Source of the DNA: Sphaerochaeta sp.
GTDB taxonomy: Bacteria; Spirochaetota; Spirochaetia; Sphaerochaetales; Sphaerochaetaceae
Assembly (NCBI GenBank): GCA_052170315.1
Contig: JBQNAT010000010.1
Span: 45,256 to 69,255 of the forward strand
Reading direction: 5' to 3'
DNA length: 24,000 bases
The notes under the pieces are model-generated. The model worked only from the letters and a program-made list of their open reading frames with translations. It made no database searches and was not told the origin of the DNA. The translations under genes were made by a program, and so were the position numbers. Shown here one piece after another: positions 1 through 6,863 of this stretch (its first letter is position 1; the number at the start of each line of letters is the position of its first letter).

Positions 1-1
1 G

Positions 2-1381
2 ACGGTAAACACCGCCTATAAGATACATGAAGCAGAATATCTTCTAAGGCAGTCTGATACGCATACACTTGTTATGATAGACGGGGTCAAGGGCACCAGC
101 TACAGTTCAATTATTAAAGAACTTTGTCCCGAACTGGAAAATCACAAAAAGGGGGAGCCTCTGTTTTCAAAGAGGCTGCCTTTTCTAAGAAACGTGGTTA
201 CAGTGGGTTTTGAGATGGAAGGAGCTCTGGACTGGGACGGTATGCTTGACAGAGCATCCTCAGTTCCAATGGATGAAGTAAGACGCCGTTCTTCAGCGGT
301 ACGCCCGGATGATGTCTGCAATATGCAGTATACCTCAGGCACTACGGGATTTCCGAAAGGTGTAATGCTGACTCACAGTAACATAATCAACAACGGAAAA
401 ATCATTGGAGACAGGATGGACCTTTCCAGCGCGGACAGGATGATGATACAGGTTCCGATGTTCCATTGTTTCGGTATGGTACTGTCTATGACAAGTATTA
501 TGACTCATGGGGGTACTGTTTATCCAATGCCTTACTTTTCTCCGAAGTCATCCCTTGCCTGCATAAATCAGGAAAAGATAACCTGCTTCAACGGTGTCCC
601 TACCATGTTCATTGCAATGTTCAGTCATGAGGATTTTAAGAAAACGGATTTTTCCCATATGAGGACGGGCATCATGGCCGGGGCCAACTGCCCTCCTGAA
701 CTTATGAGAAGGGCGTCAAAAGAGATGAACATGAAGGAAATCCTGTCCGTCTACGGTCAGACGGAAGCCTCTCCCGGCTGTACTATGGGAAACGTTGATG
801 AAGACCTTGACCACAGGGTGGAAACGGTGGGGACGGCCTTCGAGGGCGTGGAATGCAGGATAATCGACCCCGAGACGGGGAGTACTCTGCCTGACGGTGA
901 GAACGGGGAGTTCGTTGCGCGCGGATTCAACATCATGAAGGGCTATTACAAGATGCCGGAGGCTACCGCAAAGACCATAGACAGTGACGGTTGGCTTCAT
1001 ACGGGGGATATCTGCTGCAGGACGCCGGAAGGTTATTTCAGAGTGACGGGACGCCTGAAAGACATGATAATCCGCGGCGGAGAAAATCTGTATCCGCGTG
1101 AGATAGAAGAGTTTTATCTGACGAACCCTAAAATCAGAGATGTGCAGGTTGTAGGCGTTCGCGACAGGGTTTACGGGGAAGAAGCCTGCGCCTGGGTAAT
1201 CCTTCACGAGGGTCAGAACGCAGATGAAGAGGAGCTTAAGGCTTACGGCTATAAATCAATGGCAAGACATAAAGTGCCGCGTTATTTTACTTTTACGGAC
1301 AAATTTCCCATGAACGCCGCAGGCAAGATTTTGAAGTATAAAATGAAAGAGGAGACGGAACAGCGGCTTAAATTGATATAA
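2..1381 (+). CDS. AMP-forming acyl-CoA synthetase / fatty-acid--CoA ligase (ANL family), 5'-truncated by the window edge
   Basis: The frame of ORF 74..1381 stays open back to nt 2 (TVNTAYKIHEAEYLLRQSDTHTLV..., typical ANL sequence upstream of the P-loop), so Met74 is not the true start. ANL core motifs present: YTSGTTGFPKG, VYGQTEAS, WLHTGD, GRLKDMIIRGGENLYPREIE, C-terminal AAGKILK. Confidence 0.9.
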   Translation, partial: TVNTAYKIHEAEYLLRQSDTHTLVMIDGVKGTSYSSIIKELCPELENHKKGEPLFSKRLPFLRNVVTVGFEMEGALDWDGMLDRASSVPMDEVRRRSSAVRPDDVCNMQYTSGTTGFPKGVMLTHSNIINNGKIIGDRMDLSSADRMMIQVPMFHCFGMVLSMTSIMTHGGTVYPMPYFSPKSSLACINQEKITCFNGVPTMFIAMFSHEDFKKTDFSHMRTGIMAGANCPPELMRRASKEMNMKEILSVYGQTEASPGCTMGNVDEDLDHRVETVGTAFEGVECRIIDPETGSTLPDGENGEFVARGFNIMKGYYKMPEATAKTIDSDGWLHTGDICCRTPEGYFRVTGRLKDMIIRGGENLYPREIEEFYLTNPKIRDVQVVGVRDRVYGEEACAWVILHEGQNADEEELKAYGYKSMARHKVPRYFTFTDKFPMNAAGKILKYKMKEETEQRLKLI

Positions 1382-1406
1382 TTTGAAGAAAATGCGGTTT
1401 CTTTGA

Positions 1407-1435
1407 TTGACAATAGTTGTCGTAAGTGATAAAAC
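1407..1435 (+). promoter_or_regulatory. Candidate sigma70-type promoter for the T-box operon (TTGACA - 17 nt - TAAAAC with upstream TG)
   Basis: TTGACA at 1407-1412, a 17-nt spacer, TGaTAAAAC at 1427-1435. A weaker alternative has -10 TATAAA at 1481-1486 with a poor -35 (TTCAGT, 1458-1463). No TSS data. Confidence 0.4.
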
Positions 1436-1442
1436 CAACGCA

Positions 1443-1481
1443 AATGTTAAACGCAATTCAGTTTGATTTGGGTTTAACATT
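1443..1481. repeat. Perfect 10-bp inverted repeat AATGTTAAAC-N19-GTTTAACATT between the promoter and T-box Stem I (candidate operator or 5' leader hairpin)
   Basis: 1443-1452 AATGTTAAAC is the exact reverse complement of 1472-1481 GTTTAACATT. It sits just downstream of the -10 at 1430-1435 and brackets the alternative promoter's -35. Confidence 0.6.
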
Positions 1482-1500
1482 ATAAAGGCTTTGACGAAGA

Positions 1501-1758
1501 CGGAGCGGGAAGATAGCAAAAGCGAACTGGGTACGGTGTGAGCCAGCTGCGAAGGGCCTGTAAACCTATCACTTCCGAGCCGGAGAAAGAAAGCACGCTG
1601 TGTGAGTAGAGATCTCCCGTGACTGCCGCGTAAGAGCATAAGGCTTGTTGGAGCCTGAGGGGCGCGAAAGCGCAATTTGAGTGGTACCGCGGGTACATAT
1701 CACAGACAGATATGCGGCTCGTCTCAAGGAAAGCAGTCTTTGGGACGGGCTTTTTTTT
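1501..1758 (+). promoter_or_regulatory. T-box riboswitch leader, probable Ile (AUC) specifier, with antiterminator/terminator switch
   Basis: T-box consensus AAUUUGAGUGGUACCGCG at 1674-1691. Stem I base has a GA/K-turn-like motif (CGGAGCG 1501-1507 vs GAGCCG 1577-1582) and helix GGAAG 1508-1512 : CUUCC 1572-1576. The triplet AUC (1568-1570) followed by A1571 lies immediately 5' of that helix, the position of the specifier codon plus conserved purine in characterised T-boxes. Antiterminator: GAG 1679-1681:CUC 1718-1720 and CCGC 1687-1690:GCGG 1714-1717 flank a UGGUA bulge. Its 3' strand overlaps the terminator 5' arm. Confidence 0.85.
1717..1758 (+). terminator. Intrinsic terminator of the T-box expression platform
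   Basis: 5' arm GCUCGUCUCAAGG (1717-1729) pairs with 3' arm CUUUGGGACGGGC (1738-1750), including G-U wobbles, around an 8-nt loop. A U8 run follows at 1751-1758. Confidence 0.8.
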
Positions 1759-1775
1759 ATAGTCGGAGGGGTATC

Positions 1776-4037
1776 GTGGATACTACAAAAACGCAGCTTC
1801 TGGAAGTTGCAGCGCGAATCAGGGAAATGCGGGAAATTCTGAGCCTGTCTCAGGAGGAAATGGCGCATAAGACGGATTTAAGTCTTTCCGAATATCAGAC
1901 TTATGAAAGGGGCGAGTGTGATCTTCCGTTTTCTTTCATTCACAAATGCGCAATGGCGTTCGGTATTGATATTACCGACCTTCTTGAAGGACATTCCACA
2001 CGGCTCACTTCCTATACCGTCACAAGACGCGGCCACGGTCACCAGACTGCCAAGGAGATGGGCATAGACATCCAGAATCTGGCTCCAAAATTCAAAAACA
2101 AAATTGCCGAGCCCTACTGGGTTAAATATGACTACTCCGAGGAGCTTCAGGGCAAACCTATCCAGCTTCAGACTCATGCCGGTCAGGAATTTGACATAAT
2201 CATAGAGGGCTCTCTGCTGGTACAGGTGGGCCTTAATAAGGAAGTTCTGCATGAGGGCGACTGCATTTACTACAAGTCTTCCACACCCCACGGAATGATT
2301 GCCATTGAAGGCCGTGACTGCCTGTTTGTGGCTGTAGTCCTTCCGGGCGAGGACGAAAGCGGCGACTCAAGCATTGCCGCGTCCCTTGCTCCAGTTCCTT
2401 CTACCAACAAGCTTGTCGCCAACAAATTCATAGAGTGCGCAGAAGACAAAAACGGCAGCCTGCAGGCCGTAAAATACAAAAATACTGAATCTTTTAACTT
2501 TGCATACGACATTGTTGACGCAATCGCGGATAAATATCCCGATAAGCTTGCGATGATACACCTTGACATAAACAAGTCGGTAAGGCGTTTTACCTTTATG
2601 GACATGAAGAAGGAAAGCGCACGGGTTGCGAACTACTTTGCAGCCTTGGGAATTGGCAAGGGCGATAAGGTAATGCTTGTTTTAAAAAGGCATTATCAGT
2701 TCTGGCCTGCAATTATAGCCCTTCATAAAATAGGAGCCGTAGCCATACCTGCAACCTACCAGCTTAGAGAGCATGACTTTATTTACAGGTTCAATTCCGC
2801 AGGTGTAAAGGCTATAGTCTGCACCGCTTCCGGAGACTGCGCGGAGATAGTGGACAGGGTACAGAGTCAGTGTCCGACGCTGGAGATTAAGATGCTGGTA
2901 AACGGGACGCGTGAAGGCTGGAGGGATTTCAACAGGGAATACCCGATGTTCAAGAGCTCTTTCAGGCGCGGCCCGGATACTCCTTGCGGAAATGACAGCG
3001 CTCTTATGTTCTTCTCTTCCGGCACAACCGGCAATCCCAAGATGGTTGAGCACAGGCATACCTACGCGCTGGCGCACTATGTCACTGCAAAATACTGGCA
3101 CTGCTGCCGGCCTGACGGCCTTCACTTTACAATTTCGGATACGGGCTGGGGCAAGTCCCTGTGGGGCAAGCTTTACGGGCAGTGGATGTGCGAAGGAGCG
3201 GTTTTTGTCTATGACTTTGACCGCTTCCACGCGGACGATATCCTGCCTCTGTTCGCCCAATATCATATAACTACCTTCTGCGCCCCGCCCACGATGCTCA
3301 GGATGATGGTCAAGGAAGACCTTTCAAAATACGATTTCTCTTCCGTAAAGCACATGACTACTGCAGGCGAAGCGCTGAATCCTGAAGTAGGCAGTCAGTT
3401 CTATAAGGCTACGGGTCTTGAGATATGCGAAGGCTTCGGACAGACGGAGACAACGCTTACCGTCGCGAATTTCGGCGGCAATGTCAAAATCGGTTCAATG
3501 GGCAAGGCGTCTCCTCAGTACAGTGTAATGCTTGTTGATAGTGACGGACTTCCCGTGGCTCCGGGTGAAGTGGGCGAGATTGCGATAGATATCTCCGGCG
3601 GCGCCCCGATAGGTCTTTTCACGGAGTACTACAGGGATAAGGAAAAGACGTCCGAGGTAATGCGCGGCGGTCTGTACCATACCGGTGATACCGCATGGCA
3701 GGATGAGGACGGCTATTTTTTCTATGTTGGCCGCGTTGACGACATTATCAAGTCTTCCGGTTACAGGATAGGGCCTTTCGAGGTCGAGTCCGTAATAATG
3801 GAGCTTCCATATGTGCTTGAGTGCGGAGTTTCGGCTACTCCCGACCCTGTAAGAGGACAGGTTGTAAAGGCCTCTATAGTACTTACACGGGGTACGGAGC
3901 CCAGCGAAAAGCTCAAAACGGATATACAGGACTATGTGAAAACACATACTGCGCCGTACAAATACCCGCGTCAGGTGGTTTTCAGGGATGAACTTCCCAA
4001 GACCGTAAGCGGAAAAATAATCAGAAGCGCCCTTTAG
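1776..4037 (+). CDS. Tri-domain fusion: XRE-family HTH + cupin sensor domain + medium-chain (MACS/ACSM-like) AMP-forming acyl-CoA synthetase
   Basis: GTG at 1776 lies 6 nt after GGAGG (1765-1769) and just after the terminator; the ORF-track start at 1677 lies inside the T-box. HTH: LSLSQEEMAHKTDLSLSEYQTYERGE. Cupin: THAGQEFDIIIEG...GDCIYYKSSTPHG. ACS domain: FNFAYDIVD, FFSSGTTGNPKMVEH, EGFGQTETT, YHTGDTAWQDEDGYFFYVGRVDDIIKSSGYRIGPFEVES, PKTVSGKIIR. The frame is continuous, with no internal start or RBS at the junction. Confidence 0.85.
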   Translation: MDTTKTQLLEVAARIREMREILSLSQEEMAHKTDLSLSEYQTYERGECDLPFSFIHKCAMAFGIDITDLLEGHSTRLTSYTVTRRGHGHQTAKEMGIDIQNLAPKFKNKIAEPYWVKYDYSEELQGKPIQLQTHAGQEFDIIIEGSLLVQVGLNKEVLHEGDCIYYKSSTPHGMIAIEGRDCLFVAVVLPGEDESGDSSIAASLAPVPSTNKLVANKFIECAEDKNGSLQAVKYKNTESFNFAYDIVDAIADKYPDKLAMIHLDINKSVRRFTFMDMKKESARVANYFAALGIGKGDKVMLVLKRHYQFWPAIIALHKIGAVAIPATYQLREHDFIYRFNSAGVKAIVCTASGDCAEIVDRVQSQCPTLEIKMLVNGTREGWRDFNREYPMFKSSFRRGPDTPCGNDSALMFFSSGTTGNPKMVEHRHTYALAHYVTAKYWHCCRPDGLHFTISDTGWGKSLWGKLYGQWMCEGAVFVYDFDRFHADDILPLFAQYHITTFCAPPTMLRMMVKEDLSKYDFSSVKHMTTAGEALNPEVGSQFYKATGLEICEGFGQTETTLTVANFGGNVKIGSMGKASPQYSVMLVDSDGLPVAPGEVGEIAIDISGGAPIGLFTEYYRDKEKTSEVMRGGLYHTGDTAWQDEDGYFFYVGRVDDIIKSSGYRIGPFEVESVIMELPYVLECGVSATPDPVRGQVVKASIVLTRGTEPSEKLKTDIQDYVKTHTAPYKYPRQVVFRDELPKTVSGKIIRSAL

Positions 4038-4057
4038 GGCTTTTGACGGGAGTAAAA

Positions 4058-4849
4058 ATGAAGATTTCGTGCATTCAGATGGACATGAAATTTGCCTCAC
4101 CAAAAGAGAACTTCGAAAAAGCCGAAACGCTTATACGTAAGGCTGCTTCTTTCGGTCTCGATACGGTTCTGCTTCCCGAAACATGGAACGTCGGCTTTTT
4201 TCCAAGGGAAAACCTTTATGCCCTTGCGGACAGGGACGGAGCCGAAGTCCGGCGTGTTTTCTCCTCATTGGCAGAGGAACTTGGGATAAACATAGTCGCG
4301 GGAAGCGTAGCGAATATTAAGGACGGCGGAGTATACAACACAGCTCTTGTCTTTGACAGAAGCGGCAGGTGCGCTGCGGAGTATGATAAAACCCATCTTT
4401 TTTCACCTATGGATGAGGATAGGTACTTTAAAAAAGGAGAACATGCCTGTGTCTTTGAACTTGACGGGCGCAGGTGCGGCCTTATCATCTGTTATGATGT
4501 GCGTTTTCCTGAGTTTACAAGGACAATGGCGGTACAGGGCATTGACATTCTTTTCATGGTATCGCAGTGGCCTCTTGCAAGGGTTGCCCATCTTGATGCT
4601 CTTACAAAGGCAAGGGCAATAGAGAACCAGATGTTTGTTGTCTGCTGTAATTCGGCAGGAAAAGCGGGCGATACCGTTTACGGCGGAGCTTCTTCCATAA
4701 CCGACCCATGGGGAGTAACGATAGCTCATGCGGAAGGTCATGGTGAAGAAATTATAACGGCGGAATGTAATATGGACATTCTAAATGGAATAAGAAACAG
4801 CATAAACGTCTTCTTTGACAGAAGACCGGAACTGTACGGAGTAAACTGA
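4058..4849 (+). CDS. Carbon-nitrogen hydrolase (nitrilase superfamily), omega-amidase (YafV/MtnU/Nit2)-like
   Basis: ATG at 4058 lies 5 nt after GGGAG (4048-4052); the track's TTG at 4043 is less likely. Glu-Lys-Cys triad contexts: LPETWN, YDKTHLF, GLIICYDVRFPE. About 263 aa, typical of small Nit-branch amidases. Confidence 0.8.
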   Translation: MKISCIQMDMKFASPKENFEKAETLIRKAASFGLDTVLLPETWNVGFFPRENLYALADRDGAEVRRVFSSLAEELGINIVAGSVANIKDGGVYNTALVFDRSGRCAAEYDKTHLFSPMDEDRYFKKGEHACVFELDGRRCGLIICYDVRFPEFTRTMAVQGIDILFMVSQWPLARVAHLDALTKARAIENQMFVVCCNSAGKAGDTVYGGASSITDPWGVTIAHAEGHGEEIITAECNMDILNGIRNSINVFFDRRPELYGVN

Positions 4850-4873
4850 TTTTTTTAGGCAAAGGAGATATTT

Positions 4874-5968
4874 ATGGACTACAATTTTCCGGTTACAAGG
4901 ACAACACATCCCAGGCCTAGGCCTCAGGACCAGACAAAGCTGGGATTCGCGAAGTATTTCACGGACCACATGTTCTGCATGGATTGGGATGAAGGACAGG
5001 GCTGGCACGACGGAAGAGTTGTTCCTCACGAGGCTATCCTGATAGAGCCCGCGTCCTGCGTTCTTCACTATGCGCAGATGATGTTTGAAGGTATGAAGGC
5101 ATACAGGACGGCAAAAGGAGAAATCCAGATTTTCAGGCCCGACATGAATGTCAGAAGGATGGCAAGAACCAACGAAAGAATGTGCATTCCGGAGCTTCCG
5201 GGAGACATACTTCTTGCAGGTATAAAGGCCGTCATCAAGGAAGACATTGACTGGGTGCCTACGGCTCAGGGAACGGCGCTTTATATCAGGCCGTTTATCT
5301 TCGGAGATGAGGTTTCCTTCTCCGTTCTTCCTGCAAAGCATTACAGATTCATGATAATCCTTTCTCCTACAGGCTCGTACTATGCTGCAAACGACGGAGG
5401 ACTTTCCGCGACAAGAATATATGTGCAGGATAAGTACATCCGTGCGGCGAAGGGCGGCACAGGCTATGCCAAGGTGGGCGGCAACTACGGCGGAGGCATG
5501 AGAGCCAGCCAGGACGCTATGAAATACGACTGCAAAGATGTACTATGGCTTGATGCGGCGGAGCATAAATATGTAGAAGAAATCGGAACCTCCAACGCCT
5601 TCTTCGTTCTTAACGATGAAGTTATAACAGCGCCGCTGGATTCCGAGACAATTCTTCCGGGCATCACAAGAGATTCTGTAATAAGGTTGCTGAAGAAGTG
5701 GGGAGTGAAGGTAACGGAAAGAAAGCTTTCCATTGATGAAATAATGGAAGGAAGCCGAAGCGGTGCCCTTAAGGAAATATTCGCTTCCGGTACCGCCGCT
5801 GTAATTTCCCCTATAGGCACACTTTGCGTAAAGGGCAGCGACTACACTGTAGGTGACGGGAAAGTGGGGCCGATTGCCCAAAAGCTTTACGACAACATTT
5901 ACGGTATGCAGACCGGTAAGATTGAAGACTACATGGGCTGGATTTACAAACTGGGGCTTAAAGCGTGA
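4874..5968 (+). CDS. ilvE: Branched-chain amino acid aminotransferase (fold-type IV, long ~360-aa form)
   Basis: RBS AAAGGAGA lies upstream of ATG 4874. N-terminal LGFAKYFTDHMF signature, PLP-lysine context GGTGYAKVGGNYG, length 364 aa. Confidence 0.9.
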   Translation: MDYNFPVTRTTHPRPRPQDQTKLGFAKYFTDHMFCMDWDEGQGWHDGRVVPHEAILIEPASCVLHYAQMMFEGMKAYRTAKGEIQIFRPDMNVRRMARTNERMCIPELPGDILLAGIKAVIKEDIDWVPTAQGTALYIRPFIFGDEVSFSVLPAKHYRFMIILSPTGSYYAANDGGLSATRIYVQDKYIRAAKGGTGYAKVGGNYGGGMRASQDAMKYDCKDVLWLDAAEHKYVEEIGTSNAFFVLNDEVITAPLDSETILPGITRDSVIRLLKKWGVKVTERKLSIDEIMEGSRSGALKEIFASGTAAVISPIGTLCVKGSDYTVGDGKVGPIAQKLYDNIYGMQTGKIEDYMGWIYKLGLKA

Positions 5969-6609
5969 AGAGGCTTTCACTTTTCTGCGGACACTACGGC
6001 AGCGGGAAAACCAACCTTGCCGTGAATTACGCTCTTTATCTTCGGAAGCTGGGTTTGGAGGTAACAATAGCCGATTTGGATATTGTTAATCCGTATTTCA
6101 GGTCAAAGGACAGTTTTGAGACCCTTGAAGCCGAGGGCGTTAAGGTCATTGCCCTGCCGTTCGCAAACAGCAGCGTGGACCTTCCCGCCCTGCCAAGCGG
6201 GGCCTATGCTCTTGTTCAGGATAAAAGCCGCTATGCCGTTTTGGACATAGGCGGCGATGACAGAGGAGCATATGCCCTTGGGCGTTTTGTTCCTTATATC
6301 CTTGAAGAAAACAACTATGACATGTTCTATGTTGTCAACTTCTACAGACCTCTTACATCAAACGCAAAAGAGGCTATGGAAGTGATGAGGGAAATTGAAG
6401 GCGCCTGCGGACTTGAGTTTACAGGTATCATCAACAATTCCAATCTTGGGGCGGAAACCACGGCGGAGAAGATACGCTTTACCTTTCCTGAGGCGGAACG
6501 GCTTTGCGGTCTTTCGGGACTTCCGCTTACCGCGGTAACGGCAGAAGAGAGCGCGGCGGAAGGCGCAATGGTGAAAATAAAGCTTCAAAAGCGTCCCTTT
6601 GAGGTCTGA
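5965..6609 (+). CDS. Uncharacterised P-loop NTPase (SIMIBI/MinD-ParA-CobQ-like ATP-binding protein)
   Basis: GTG start overlaps the ilvE stop (GTGA, 4-nt overlap), implying translational coupling. Walker A GHYGSGKT at residues 9-16; Walker B-like VLDIGGDD. No recognisable catalytic domain beyond the NTPase fold. Confidence 0.65.
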   Translation: MKRLSLFCGHYGSGKTNLAVNYALYLRKLGLEVTIADLDIVNPYFRSKDSFETLEAEGVKVIALPFANSSVDLPALPSGAYALVQDKSRYAVLDIGGDDRGAYALGRFVPYILEENNYDMFYVVNFYRPLTSNAKEAMEVMREIEGACGLEFTGIINNSNLGAETTAEKIRFTFPEAERLCGLSGLPLTAVTAEESAAEGAMVKIKLQKRPFEV

Positions 6610-6655
6610 GAGACGGAAATTAAAGGAATTTGATTCTTCAAAAGAGGTGAGCTGT

Positions 6656-6862
6656 ATGGCGAAAGTAACATTCAACGAAGACATTTGTAAGGGGTGCGGA
6701 CTATGTATTGACGCATGTCCCCGGCACATACTCGCGCTTGATAAAAACAAGATTAACAGGAAGGGACATAACCCTGCCGTGATTACCGAGCAGTCTAAAT
6801 GCATAGCCTGCGCCTTTTGCGCTGTAATGTGTCCTGACTGTGTGATAACCGTGGAGAAGTGA
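6656..6862 (+). CDS. 2x[4Fe-4S] ferredoxin-type delta subunit of 2-oxoacid:ferredoxin oxidoreductase
   Basis: ATG 6656 is preceded by AGAGGTGA; the track start at 6599 is rejected. Two CxxCxxCxxxCP motifs (CKGCGLCIDACP, CIACAFCAVMCP). 68 aa, ending 1 nt before the alpha subunit. Confidence 0.85.
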   Translation: MAKVTFNEDICKGCGLCIDACPRHILALDKNKINRKGHNPAVITEQSKCIACAFCAVMCPDCVITVEK

Positions 6863-6863
6863 T

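Noticed and set aside
1565-1570. Alternative specifier codons CUA (1566-1568) or UAU (1567-1569) in the T-box specifier loop
   Set aside because: Neither is followed by the conserved purine directly abutting the closing helix. Only AUC-A (1568-1571) reproduces the codon-purine-helix-K-turn spacing. This still needs a covariance-model alignment to be certain.
1677-1775. N-terminal 33 codons of the 786-aa ORF (MSGTAGTYHRQICGSS...)
   Set aside because: This stretch coincides with the T-box consensus, antiterminator, terminator and U-tract. A GTG with a GGAGG RBS at the correct spacing occurs at 1776, immediately after the terminator, and the HTH domain begins there.
1256-1868. Three minus-strand ORFs (1256-1675, 1480-1698, 1569-1868) across the intergenic region
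   Set aside because: They overlap the T-box RNA on the opposite strand and have low-complexity, Arg/Ser/Leu-rich translations with no motifs or RBS. They are better explained as chance ORFs in a structured non-coding leader.
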